A DNA stretch of 64,000 nt from Heptranchias perlo (taxonomy: Eukaryota), in NCBI RefSeq assembly GCF_035084215.1, contig NW_027139246.1:434001-498000 (forward strand), read 5' to 3'. The notes beneath the pieces are model-generated. The model made no database searches. It was not told the origin of the DNA and saw only the letters and a list, made by a program, of their open reading frames with translations. Both the position numbers and the translations under genes were made by a program. Positions 9,968-24,900 of this stretch are shown piece after piece. Positions within the stretch are counted from its first letter, which is position 1; the number at the start of each line of letters is the position of its first letter.

Positions 9968-12900
9968 AAGGGGGAGGGTGAGCAGGCAGAGGTCGTGGTC
10001 CACATTGGGACCAACGACATAGGTAGGAAGGGAGATGAGGTCCTGCATCAAGAATTTAGGGAGCTAGGTAGCAGATTAAAGAGCAGGACCTCAAAGGTTG
10101 TAATCTCTGGATTACTCCCAGTGCCACGGGCTAGTGAGTATAGAAATAGGAGGATAGAACAGATGAATGCGTGGCTAAAGAGTTGGTGCAGGAGGGAGGG
10201 TTTCAGTTTCCTGGATCACTGGGCCTGCTTCTGGGGAATGTGGGACTTGTACAATTCGGACGGGTTGCATCTGAACCAGAGCGGGACAAATATCCTTGCG
10301 GGGAGGTTTGCTAGCACTGTTGGCGGGGGTTTAAACTAACTTGGCAGGGGGATGGGACACAGAGTGGAGCTACAATAGGGGGTGATGTGCAGCCAAATAT
10401 TGAGAAAAAAACAAGTCAGCTTGGAAGACAGGGCAAATATGTAAGAGCAAGGCTGGATGGCATCTATTTTAATGCAAGGAGTCTTGCAAATAAGGTGGAT
10501 GAACTGAAGGTGTTGATAAACACATGGGAGGATGATATTGTTGCTGTCACAGAGACATGGTTGAGGGAGGGGCAAGACTGGCAGCTCAATATTCCGGGGT
10601 ACAGAATCTTCAGGCGAGACAGAGGGGGAGGTACAAGAGGAGGGGGGGTCGCAATATTAATTAAAGAATCAATTACTGCCATAAGGAGGGATGATATATT
10701 AGCAGGTTCCTCTAATGAGGCCAGATGGGTGGAGCTTAAAAACAAAAAGGGGGCAAGCACTTTGATGGGAGTGCACTATAGGCCCCCAAACAGTCAGGGG
10801 GAGATAGAGGAACAGATATGTAGGCAAATCTCAGAAAATTGTGCAAATAATAGGGTAATAATAGTGGGGGATTTCAACTTCCCCAATATTAACTGGGATA
10901 CTCAGAGTGTAAAAGGCTTAGAGGGTACAGAATTCTTAACGTGCATCCAGGAGAGCTTTTTGAGCCAGCATGTAGAAAGTCCGACAAGAGAGGGGGCGGT
11001 ACTGGACCTAATTCTAGGGAATGTGGCCGGCCAAGTGGAAGAAGTGCTAGTCGGTGAGCACTTTGGTGACAGTGACCATAATTCAGTGAGATTTAAGGTG
11101 GTCATGGAAAAGGACAGGGAGGGGCCGGAAATAAAGGTTCTAAATTGGGGGAAGGCCGATTTTAATAGGATAAGGCAGGATCTGGCCAAAATGGACTGGG
11201 ATCAGCTGCTTGTAGGAAAATCTGCATCGGAGCAATGGGAGTCTTTCAGAAGGGAGATTGAGACCATACAATGGCAACATGTTCCCGTAAAGGTCAAGGG
11301 TGGTTCCAAGAACTCCAGGGAACCTTGGATGTCAGGGGATATACGAGAATGGATTAGGAAAAAAAGGAGGGCTTTTGGCAGATACAAAAGGCTAAAGACG
11401 GAGGAAGCCCCAGAGGAGTACAAAAAGTGCAGGGGGATACTTAAAAAGGAAATTAGGAGATCAAGGAGGGGCCATGAAAAAACACTGGCGAGCAAAATAA
11501 AGGAAAATCCTAAGATGTTTTATAAGTATATTAAGGGTAAGAGGATAACACGGGAAAAAATAGGGCCCATTAGGGACAAAAATGGCAATCTGTGTGTGGA
11601 GCCGGAAGATGTAGGAGGGGTTCTAAATGAATTTTTGGCATCTGTTTTCACTATGGAGAAGGACGATGTAGACATAGAAATACGACAGGGGGACTGTGAT
11701 ATACTCGAACATATTAACATCGAGCGGGAGGAGGTTTTGGCGGTTTTAGCAGGCCTAAAAATGGATAAATCCCCAGGCCCGGACGAAATGTATCCCAGGC
11801 TACTGTGTGAGGCAAAGGAGGAGATTGCGGGGGCTCTAACACATATATTCAGAACCTCTCTGGCCACAGGGGATGTGCCAGAGGACTGGAGAACCGCTAA
11901 TGTGGTACCATTATTCAAGAAGGGGAGTAGGGAAAAACCGGAGAACTACAGGCCAGTGAGGAAAATTATTGGAAAAAATTCTGAAGGACAAAATTAGTCT
12001 CCACTTGGAGAAGCAAGGATTAATCAGGGATAGTCAACATGGCTTTGTCAAGGGAAGATCATGTCTGACTAATTTGATTGAATTTTTTGAGGGGGTGACT
12101 GGGCGTGTGGATGAAGGTAACGCAGTGGATATGGTATACATGGATTTCAGTAAGGCCTTCGATAAAGTTCCGCACAGGAGACTGGTCACGAAGGTACGAG
12201 CCCATGGAGTCCAGGCTGCCTTGGCACTTTGGATACAAAACTGGCTTAGTGGCAGAAGGCAGAGGGTGATGGTCGAAGGTTGTTTTTGTGACTGGAAGCC
12301 TGTGGCCAGTGGGGTACCACAGGGATCTCTGCTGGGGCCCTTGCTGTTTGTGGTCTGCATTAACGACTTGGATATGAATGTAAAAGGTATGATCAGTAAG
12401 TTCGCTGATGATACAAAAATTGGTAGGGTGGTAAATAGCGAGGAGGATAGCCTCAGTCTGCAGGACGATATAGATGGGTTGGTCAGATGGGCGGAACAGT
12501 GGCAAATGGAATTTAACCCGGAAAAGTGCGAGGTGATGCACTTTGGAGGGACTAACAAGGCAAGGGAATACACAATGAATGGGAAGACCCTAGGCAAGAC
12601 AGAGGGTCAGAGGGATCTTGGTGTGCAAGTTCACAGATCCCTGAAGGCGGCGGAACAGGTAGATAAGGTGGTAAAGAAGGCATATGGGATACTTGCCTTT
12701 ATTAGCCGAGGCATAGAATATCAGAGCAAGGAGGTTATGATGGAGCTGTATAAAACACTGGTTAGGCCACAGCTGGAGTACTGTGTGCAGTTCTGGTCGC
12801 CACACTACAGGAAGGATGTGATCGCTTTGGAGAGGGTGCAGAGGAGATTCACCAGGATGTAACCAGGGCTGGAGCGCTTCAGCTATGAAGAGAGACTGGG

Positions 12901-12981
12901 AAGATTGGGTTTGTTTTCCTTGGAGCAGAGGAGGCTGAGGGGGGACATGATTGAGGTGTACAAAATTATGAGGGGCATAGA
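9968..12981 (+). mobile_element. Long CR1 LINE: 3' part of ORF1 (SGNH-type esterase) and ORF2 (AP endonuclease and RT), disrupted, 3' end missing
   Basis: ORF1 has HIGTND...DGLHLN (9995-10339). ORF2 has NARSL, AVTETWL, GDFNFP, SDHN, KSPGPD, YMDFSKAFDKV, GVPQGS and KFADD. There is a frameshifting deletion near 11958 and a stop at 12860-12862. The element ends at YKIMRGIDK where the satellite begins. Confidence 0.96.
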
Positions 12982-15900
12982 TAAATATATCAATACAACT
13001 CCGGCAGGATTCTACTGTCCTAAATATATCAACACAACTCCGGCAGGATTCTACTGTCCTAAGTATATCAATACAACTCCGGCAGGATTCTAATGTCCCA
13101 AATATATCAATACAACTCTGGCAGGATTCTACTGTCCGAAATATATCAACACAACTCCGGCAGGATTCTACTGTCCTCAATATATCAATACAACTCCGGC
13201 AGGATTCTAATGTCCCAAATATATCAATACAACTCTGGCAGGATTCTACTGTCCCAAATATATCAATACAACTCCGGCAGGATTCTACTGTCCACAATAT
13301 ATCAATACAACTCGGGCAGGATTCTACTGTCCTCAATAGATCATTAAAACTCCGGCAGGATTCTACTGTCCTAAATATATCAATACAACTCCGGCGGGAT
13401 TCAACAGTCCGAAATATATCAACACAACTCCGGCAGGATTCTACTGTCCAAATATATCAATACAACTCCGGCAGGAATCTAATGTCCCAAATATATCAAT
13501 ACAACTCCGGCAGGATTCTACTGTCCTAAATATATCAATACAACTCTGGCAGGATTCTACTGTCCGAAATATATCAATACAACTCCGGCAGGATTCTACT
13601 GTCCCAAATATATCAATACAACTCTGGCAGGATTCTACTGTCCGCAATATAAATCAATACAACTTCGGCAGGATTCTCCTGTCCCAAATATATCAATACA
13701 ACTCTGGCAGGATTCTACTGTCCGAAATATATCAATACAACTCCGGCAGGATTCGACTGTCCAAATATATCAACACAACTCCGGCAGGATTCTACTGTCC
13801 CAAATATATCAATACAACTCCGGCAGGAATCTACTGTCCTAAATATATCAATAAAACTCAGGCAGGATTCTACTGTCCGAAATATATCAATACAACTCCG
13901 GCAGGATTCTACTGTCCAAATATATCAATACAACTCCGGCAGGAATCTACTGTCCTAAATATATCAATAAAACTCAGGCAGGATTCTACTGTCCCAAATA
14001 TATCAATACAACTCCGGCAGGAATCTACTGTCCTAAATATATCAATAAAACTCAGGCAGGATTCTACTGTCCGAAATATATCAATACAACTCCGGCAGGA
14101 TTCTACTGTCCAAATATATCAATACAACTCCGGCAGGAATCTACTGTCCTAAATATATCAATAAAACTCAGGCAGGATTCTACTGTCCCAAATATATCAA
14201 TACAACTCCGGCAGGAATCTACTGTCCTAAATATATCAATAAAACTCAGGCAGGATTCTACTGTCCCAAATATATCAATACAACTCCGGCAGGATTCTAC
14301 TGTCCTAAATATATCAACACAACTCCGGCAGGATTCTACTGTCCTAAATATATCAATACAACTCCGGCAGGATTCTACTGTCCGAAATATATCAATACAA
14401 CTCCGGCAGGATTCTACTGTCCCAAATATATCAATACAACTCCGGCAGGATTCTACTGTCCTAAATCTATCAACACAACTCCGGCAGGATTCTACTGTCC
14501 TAAATATATCAATACAACTCCGGCAGGATTCTACTGTCCTAAATATATCAACACAACTCCGGCAGGATTCTACTGTCCCAAATATATCAATACAACTCCG
14601 GCAGGATTCTACTGTCCTAAATATATCAATACAACTCCGACAGGATTCTACTGTCCTAAATATATCAATACAACTCCGGCAGGATTCTACTGTCCTAAAT
14701 ATATCAACACAACTCCGGCAGGATTCTACTGTCCCAAATATATCAACACAACTCCGGCAGGATTCTACTGTCCTAAATATATCAATACAACTCCGACAGG
14801 ATTCTACTGTCCCAAATATATCAACACAACTCCGGCAGGAATCTATTGTCCAAATATATCAATACAACTCCGGCAGGATTCTACTGTCCTAAATATATCA
14901 ACACAACTCCGGCAGGATTCTACTGTCCTAAATATATCAACACAACTCCGGCAGGATTCTACTGTCCCAAATATATCAACACAACTCCGGCAGGAATCTA
15001 TTTTCCAAATATATCAATACAACTCCGGCAGGATTCTACTGTCCAAATATATCAACACAACTCCGGCAGGAATCTATTGTCCAAATATATCAATACAACT
15101 CCGGCAGGATTCTACTGTCCCAAATATATCAACACAACTCCGGCAGGATTCTACTGTCCCAAATATATCAATACAACTCCGGCAGGATTCTACTGTCCAA
15201 ATATATCAATACAACTCCGGCAGGATTCTACTGTCCCAAATATATCAATACAACTCTGGCAGGATTCTACTGTCCGAAATATATCAATACAACTTCGGCA
15301 GGATTCTGCTGTCCAAATATATCAATACAACTTCGGCAGGATTCGACTGTCCCAAATATATCAATACAACTCCGGCAGGATTCTGCTGTCCAAATATATC
15401 AATACAACTCCGGCAGGATTCTACTGTCCAAATATATCAATACAAATCCGGCAGGATTCGACTGTCCTAAATATATCAATACAACTCCGGCAGGATTCTA
15501 CTGTCCAAATATATCAACACAACTCCGGCAGGATTCGACTGTCCTAAATATATCAATACAACTCCGGCAGGAATCTACTGTCCTAAATATATCAATAAAA
15601 CTCAGGCAGGATTCTACTGTCCGAAATATATCAATACAACTCCGGCAGGATTCTACTGTCCTAAATATATCAACACAACTCCGGCAGGATTCTACTGTCC
15701 TAAATATATCAATACAACTCCGGCAGGATTCTACTGTCCCAAATATATCAACACAACTCCGGCAGGAATCTATTGTGCAAATATATCAATACAACTCCGG
15801 CAGGATTCTACTGTCCCAAATATATCAATACAACTCCGGCAGGATTCTACTGTCCCAAATATATCAACACAACTCCGGCAGGATTCTACTGTCCAAATAT

Positions 15901-18900
15901 ATCAATACAACTCCGGCAGGATTCTACTGTCCCAAATATATCAATACAACTCCGGCAGGATTCTACTGTCCAAATATATCAACACAACTCCGGCAGGATT
16001 CTACTGTCCAAATATATCAATACAACTCCGGCAGGATTCTACTGTCCCAAATATATCAATACAACTCCGGCAGGATTCTACTGTCCTAAATATATCAATA
16101 CAACTCCGGCAGGATTCTACTGTCCAAAATATATCAATACAACTCCGGCAGGATTCTACTGTCCCAAATATATCAATACAACTCCGGCAGGAATCTATTG
16201 TCCAAATATATCAATACAACTCCGGCAGGATTCTACTGTCTCAAATATATCAATACAACTCCGGCAGGAATCTATTGTCCAAATATATCAATACAACTCC
16301 GGCAGGATTCTACTGTCCTAAATATATCAATACAACTCCGGCAGGATTCTACTGTCCCAAATATATCAATACAACTCCGGCAGGAATCTATTGTCCAAAT
16401 ATATCAATACAACTCCGGCAGGATTCCACTGTCCAAATATATCAATTCAACTCCGGCAGGAATATATTGTCCAAATATATCAATACAACTCCGGCAGGAT
16501 TCTACTGTCCCAAATATATCAATACAACTCCGGCAGGAATCTATTGTCCAAATATATCAATACAACTCCGGCCGGAATCTATTGTCCAAATATATCAATA
16601 CAACTCCGGCAGGATTCTACTGTCCTAAATATATCAATACAACTCCGGCAGGATTCTACTGTCCCAAATATGTCAATACAACTCCGGCAGGATTCTACTG
16701 TCCAAATATATCAACACAACTCCGGCAGGAATCTATTGTCCAAATATATCAATACAACTCCGGCAGGATTCTACTGTCCGAAATATATCAACACAACTCC
16801 GGCAGGATTCTACTGTCCCAAATATATCAATACAACTCCGGCAGGATTCGACTGTCCTCAATATATCAACACAACTCTGGCAGGATTCTACTGTCCAAAT
16901 ATATCAATACAACTCCGGCAGGATTCTACTGTCCCAAATATATCAATAAAAATCCGGCAGGATTCTACTGTCCAAATATATCAACACAACTCCGGCAGGA
17001 TTCTACTGTCCCAAACATATCAACACAACTCCGGCAGGTTTCTACTGTCCTAAATATATCAATACAACTCGGGCAGGATTCTACTGTCCTCAATATATCA
17101 ATACAACTCCGGCAGGATTCTACTGTCCTAAATATATCAATACAACTCGGGCAGGATTCTACTGTCCTAAATATATCAATACAACTCGGGCAGGATTCTG
17201 CTGTCCTAAATATATCAATACAACTCCGGCAGGATTCTACTGTCCCAAATATATCAATACAACTCCGGCAGGATTCTACTGTCCTAAATATATCAACACA
17301 ACTCCGGCAGGATTCTACTGTCCAAATATATCAACACAACTCCGGCAGGATTCTACTGTCCCAAATATATCAAAACAAGTCCGGCAGGATTCTACTGTCC
17401 AAATATATCAATACAACTCCGGCAGGATTCTACTGTCCCAAATATATCAATACAAGTCCGGCAGGATTCTACTGTCCAAATATATCAATACAACTCCGGC
17501 AGGATTCTACTGTCCCAAATATATCAATACAAGTCCGGCAGGATTCTACTGTCCCAAATATATCAACACAACTCCGGCAGGATTCTACTGTCCCAAATAT
17601 ATCAATACAACTCCGTCAGGATTCTACTGTCCCAAATATATCAATACAACTCCGGCAGGATTCTACTGTCCTAAATATATCAATACAACTCGGTCAGGAT
17701 TCTACTGTCCAAATATATCAACACAACTCTGGCAGGATTCTACTGTCCCAAACATATCAACACAACTCCGGCAGGATTCTACTGTCCAAATATATCAATA
17801 CAACTCCGGCAGGATTCTACTGTCCCAAATATATCAATACAAGTCCGGCAGGAATCTATTGTCCAAATATATCAATACAACTCCGGCAGGATTCTACTGT
17901 CCGAAATATATCAACACAACTCTGGCAGGATTCTACTGTCCAAATATATCAACACAACTCCGGCAGGATTCTACTGTCCGAAATATATCAACACAACTCC
18001 GGCAGGATTCTACTGTCCCAAATATATCAATACAACTCCGGCAGGATTCGACTGTCCTCAATATATCAACACAACTCTGGCAGGATTCTACTGTCCAAAT
18101 ATATCAACACAACTCCGGCAGGATTCTACTGTCCCAAATATATCAATAAAAATCCGGCAGGATTCTACTGTCCAAATATATCAACACAACTCCGGCAGGA
18201 TTCTACTGTCCCAAACATATCAACACAACTCCGGCAGGTTTCTACTGTCCTAAATATATCAATACAACTCGGGCAGGATTCTACTGTCCTCAATATATCA
18301 ATACAACTCCGGCAGGATTCTACTGTCCTAAATATATCAATACAACTCGGGCAGGATTCTACTGTCCTAAATATATCAATACAACTCGGGCAGGATTCTG
18401 CTGTCCTAAATATATCAATACAACTCCGGCAGGATTCTACTGTCCCAAATATATCAATACAACTCCGGCAGGATTCTACTGTCCTAAATATATCAACACA
18501 ACTCCGGCAGGATTCTACTGTCCAAATATATCAACACAACTCCGGCAGGATTCTCCTGTCCCAAATATATCAAAACAAGTCCGGCAGGATTCTACTGTCC
18601 AAATATATCAATACAACTCCGGCAGGATTCTACTGTCCCAAATATATCAATACAAGTCCGGCAGGATTCTACTGTCCAAATATATCAATACAACTCCGGC
18701 AGGATTCTACTGTCCCAAATATATCAATACAAGTCCGGCAGGATTCTACTGTCCCAAATATATCAACACAACTCCGGCAGGATTCTACTGTCCCAAATAT
18801 ATCAATACAACTCCGTCAGGATTCTACTGTCCCAAATATATCAATACAACTCCGGCAGGATTCTACTGTCCAAATATATCAATACAACTCCGGCAGGATT

Positions 18901-21900
18901 CTACTGTCCTAAATATATCAATACAACTCGGTCAGGATTCTACTGTCCAAATATATCAACACAACTCTGGCAGGATTCTACTGTCCCAAACATATCAACA
19001 CAACTCCGGCAGGATTCTACTGTCCAAATATATCAATACAACTCCGGCAGGATTCTACTGTCCAAATATATCAATACAACTCCGGCAGGATTCTACTGTC
19101 CTAAATATATCAATACAACTCGGTCAGGATTCTACTGTCCAAATATATCAACACAACTCTGGCAGGATTCTACTGTCCCAAACATATCAACACAACTCCG
19201 GCAGGATTCTACTGTCCCAAATATATCAATACAAGTCCGGCAGGATTCTACTGTCCAAATATATCAACACAACTCCGTCAGGATTCTACTGTCCAAATAT
19301 ATCAATACAACTCCGGCAGGATTCTACTGTCCAAATATATCAATACAACACCGGCAGGATTCTACTGTCCAAATATATCAATACAACTCCGGCAGGATTC
19401 TACTGTCCTAAATATATCAACACAACTCCGGCAGGATTCTACTGTCCTAAATATATCAATACAACTCCGGCAGGATTCTACTGTCCAAATATATCAATAC
19501 AACTCCGGCAGGATTCTAATGTCCTAAATATATCAATACAACTCCGGCAGGATTCTACTGTCCGAAATATATCAACACAACTCCGGCACGATTCTACTGT
19601 CCAAATATATCAATACAACTCCGGCAGGATTCTACTGTCCAAATATATCAATACAACTCCGGCAGGATTCTACTATCCAAATATATCAATACAACTCCGG
19701 CAGGATTCTACTGTCCAAATATATCAATACAACTACGGCAGGATTCTAATGTCCTAAATATATCAATACAACTCCGGCAGGATTCTACTGTCCAAATATA
19801 TCAACACAACTCCGGCAGGATTCTACTGTCCAAATATATCAATACAACTCCGGCAGGATTCTACTGTCCCAAACATATAAATACAACTCCGGCAGCATTC
19901 TACTGTCCCAAATATATCAATACAACTCCGGCAGGATTCTACTGTCCAAATATATCAATACAACTCCGGCAGGATTCTACTGTCCAAATATATCAACACA
20001 ACTCCGGCAGGATTCTACTGTCCAAATATATCAATACAACTCCGGCAGGATTCTACTGTCCAAATATATCAACACAACTCCGGCAGGATTCTACTGTCCT
20101 AAATATATCAACACAACTCCGGTAGGATTCTACGGTCCTAAATATATCAATACAACTCCGGCAGGATTCTACTGTCCAAATATATCAATACAACTCCGGC
20201 AGGATTCTACTGTCCTAAATATGTCAATACAACTCCGGCAGGATTCTACTGTCCTAAATATATCAATACAACTCCGGCAGGATTCTACTGTCCAAATATA
20301 TCAACACAACTCCGGCAGGATTCTACTGTCCAAATATATCAATACAACTCCGGCAGGATTCTACTGTCCAAATATAACAATACAACTCCGGCAGGATTCA
20401 ACTGTTCAAATATATCAACACAACTCCGGCAGGATTCTACTGTCCCAAACATATAAATACAACCCCGGCAGGATTCTACTGTCCCAAATATATCAATACA
20501 ACTCCGGCAGGATTCTACTGTCCAAATATATCAATACAACTCCGGCAGGATTCTACTGTTCAAATACATCAACACAACTCCGGCAGGATTCTACTATCCC
20601 AAACATATAAATATAACTCCGGCAGGATTCTACTGTCCTAAATATATCAATACAACTCCGGCAGGATTCTACTGTCCTCAATATATCAATACAACTCCGG
20701 CAGGATTCTACAGTCCCAAATATATCAACACAACTCCGGCAGGATTCTACTGTCCCAAATATATCAATACAACTCCGGCAGGAATCTACTGTCCAAATAT
20801 ATCAATACAACTCCGGCAGGATTCTACTGTCCTAAATATATCAATACAACTCCGGTAAGAATCTACTGTCCAAGTATATCAATACAACTCCGGCAGGATT
20901 CTACTGTCCTAAATATATCAATACAACTCCGGCAGGATTCTACTGTCCTAAATATATCAATACAACTCCGGCAGGGTTCTACTGTCCCAAATATATCAAC
21001 ACAACTCCGGCAGGGTTCTACTATCCTCAATATATCAATACAACTCCGGCAGGATTCTACTGTCCAAATATATCAATACAACTCTGGCAGGATTCTACTG
21101 TCCAAAATATATCAACGCAACTCCGGCAGGATTATACTGTCCTCAATATATCAACACAACTCCGGCAGGATTCTACTGTCCAAATATATCAATACAACTC
21201 CGGCAGGATTCTACTGTCCAAATATATCAAAAGAACTCCGGCAGGATTCTACTGTCCAAATATATCAATACAACTCCGGCAGGATTCTACTGACCTAAAT
21301 ATATCAATACAACTCCGGCAGGATTCTACTGTCCCAAATATATCAATACAACTCCGGCAGGATTCTACTGTCCTAAATATATCAATACAACTCCGGCAGG
21401 ATTCTACTGTCCTAAATATATCAATACAACTCCGGCAGGATTCTACTGTCCCAAATATATCAATACAACTCCGGCAGGATTCTACTGTCCAAATATATCA
21501 ACACAACTCCGGCAGGATTCTACTGTCCAAATATATCAATACAACTCCGGCAGGATTCTACTGTCCAAATATATCAATACAACTCCGGCAGGATTCTAAT
21601 GTCCTAAATATATCAATACAACTCCGGCAGGATTCTACTGTACCAAATATATCAATACAACTCCGGCAGGATTCTACTGTCCAAATATATCAATACAACT
21701 CCGGCAGGATTCTAATGTCCTAAATATATCAATACAACTCCGGCAGGATTCTACTGTCCAAATATATCAATACAACTCCGGCAGGATTCTAATGTCCTAA
21801 ATATATCAATACAACTCCGGCAGGATTCTACTGTCCCAAATATATCAATACAACTCCGGCAGGATTCTACTGTCCAAATATATCAATACAACTCCGGCAG

Positions 21901-24900
21901 GATTCTACTGTCCAAATATATCAATACAACTCCGGCAGGATTCTACTGTCCCAAATATATCAATACAACTCCGGCAGGATTCTACTGTCCAAATATATCA
22001 ATACAACTCCGGCAGGATTCTACTGTCCAAATATATCAATACAACTCCGGCAGGATTCTAATGTCCTAAATATATCAATACAACTCCGGCAGGATTCTAC
22101 TGTCCAAATATATCAACACAACTCCGGCAGGATTCTACTGTCCCAAATATATCAATAGAACTCCGGCAGGATTCTACTTTCCTAAATATATCAATACAAC
22201 TCCGGCAGGATTCTACTGTCCAAATATATCAATACAACTCCGGCACGATTCTACTGTCCAAATATATCAATACAACTCCGGCAGGATTCTAATGTCCTAA
22301 ATATATCAATACAACTCCGGCAGGATTCTACTGTCCAAATATATCAACACAACTCCGGCAGGATTCTACTGTCCCAAATATATCAACACAACTCCGGCAG
22401 GATTCTACTGTTCGAAATATATCAACACAACTCCGGCAGGATTCTACTGTCCCAAACATATAAATACAGCTCCGGCAGGATTCTACTGTCCAAATATATA
22501 AATACAACTCCGGCAGGATTCTACTCTCCAAATATATCAACACAACTCCGGCAGGATTCTACTGTCCCAAATATATCAATACAACTCCGGCAGGATTCTA
22601 CTGTCCTCAATATATCAACACAACTCTGGCAGGATTCTACTGTCCAAATATATCAATACAACTCGGGCAGGATTCTACTGTCCTAAATATATCAACACAA
22701 CTCCGGTAGGATTCTACGGTCCTAAATATATCAATACAACTCCGGCAGGATTCTACTGTCCAAATATATCAATACAACTCCGGCAGGATTCTACTGTCCT
22801 AAATATGTCAATACAACTCCGGCAGGATTCTACTGTCCTAAATATATCAATACAACTCCGGCAGGATTCTACTGTCCAAATATATCAACACAACTCCGGC
22901 AGGATTCTACTGTCCAAATATATCAATACAACTCCGGCAGGATTCTACTGTCCAAATATAACAATACAACTCCGGCAGGATTCAACTGTTCAAATATATC
23001 AACACAACTCCGGCAGGATTCTACTGTCCCAAACATATAAATACAACCCCGGCAGGATTCTACTGTCCCAAATATATCAATACAACTCCGGCAGGATTCT
23101 ACTGTCCAAATATATCAATACAACTCCGGCAGGATTCTACTGTTCAAATACATCAACACAACTCCGGCAGGATTCTACTATCCCAAACATATAAATATAA
23201 CTCCGGCAGGATTCTACTGTCCTAAATATATCAATACAACTCCGGCAGGATTCTACTGTCCTCAATATATCAATACAACTCCGGCAGGATTCTACAGTCC
23301 CAAATATATCAACACAACTCCGGCAGGATTCTACTGTCCCAAATATATCAATACAACTCCGGCAGGAATCTACTGTCCAAATATATCAATACAACTCCGG
23401 CAGGATTCTACTGTCCTAAATATATCAATACAACTCCGGTAAGAATCTACTGTCCAAGTATATCAATACAACTCCGGCAGGATTCTACTGTCCTAAATAT
23501 ATCAATACAACTCCGGCAGGATTCTACTGTCCTAAATATATCAATACAACTCCGGCAGGGTTCTACTGTCCCAAATATATCAACACAACTCCGGCAGGGT
23601 TCTACTATCCTCAATATATCAATACAACTCCGGCAGGATTCTACTGTCCAAATATATCAATACAACTCTGGCAGGATTCTACTGTCCAAAATATATCAAC
23701 GCAACTCCGGCAGGATTATACTGTCCTCAATATATCAACACAACTCCGGCAGGATTCTACTGTCCAAATATATCAATACAACTCCGGCAGGATTCTACTG
23801 TCCAAATATATCAAAAGAACTCCGGCAGGATTCTACTGTCCAAATATATCAATACAACTCCGGCAGGATTCTACTGACCTAAATATATCAATACAACTCC
23901 GGCAGGATTCTACTGTCCCAAATATATCAATACAACTCCGGCAGGATTCTACTGTCCTAAATATATCAATACAACTCCGGCAGGATTCTACTGTCCTAAA
24001 TATATCAATACAACTCCGGCAGGATTCTACTGTCCCAAATATATCAATACAACTCCGGCAGGATTCTACTGTCCAAATATATCAACACAACTCCGGCAGG
24101 ATTCTACTGTCCAAATATATCAATACAACTCCGGCAGGATTCTACTGTCCAAATATATCAATACAACTCCGGCAGGATTCTAATGTCCTAAATATATCAA
24201 TACAACTCCGGCAGGATTCTACTGTACCAAATATATCAATACAACTCCGGCAGGATTCTACTGTCCAAATATATCAATACAACTCCGGCAGGATTCTAAT
24301 GTCCTAAATATATCAATACAACTCCGGCAGGATTCTACTGTCCAAATATATCAATACAACTCCGGCAGGATTCTAATGTCCTAAATATATCAATACAACT
24401 CCGGCAGGATTCTACTGTCCCAAATATATCAATACAACTCCGGCAGGATTCTACTGTCCAAATATATCAATACAACTCCGGCAGGATTCTACTGTCCAAA
24501 TATATCAATACAACTCCGGCAGGATTCTACTGTCCCAAATATATCAATACAACTCCGGCAGGATTCTACTGTCCAAATATATCAATACAACTCCGGCAGG
24601 ATTCTACTGTCCAAATATATCAATACAACTCCGGCAGGATTCTAATGTCCTAAATATATCAATACAACTCCGGCAGGATTCTACTGTCCAAATATATCAA
24701 CACAACTCCGGCAGGATTCTACTGTCCCAAATATATCAATAGAACTCCGGCAGGATTCTACTTTCCTAAATATATCAATACAACTCCGGCAGGATTCTAC
24801 TGTCCAAATATATCAATACAAATCCGGCACGATTCTACTGTCCAAATATATCAATACAACTCCGGCAGGATTCTAATGTCCTAAATATATCAATACAACT

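Noticed and set aside
10336-12597. Minus-strand ORFs over the CR1 (79-187 aa)
   Set aside because: They are antisense shadows of LINE ORF2 with no independent motifs.
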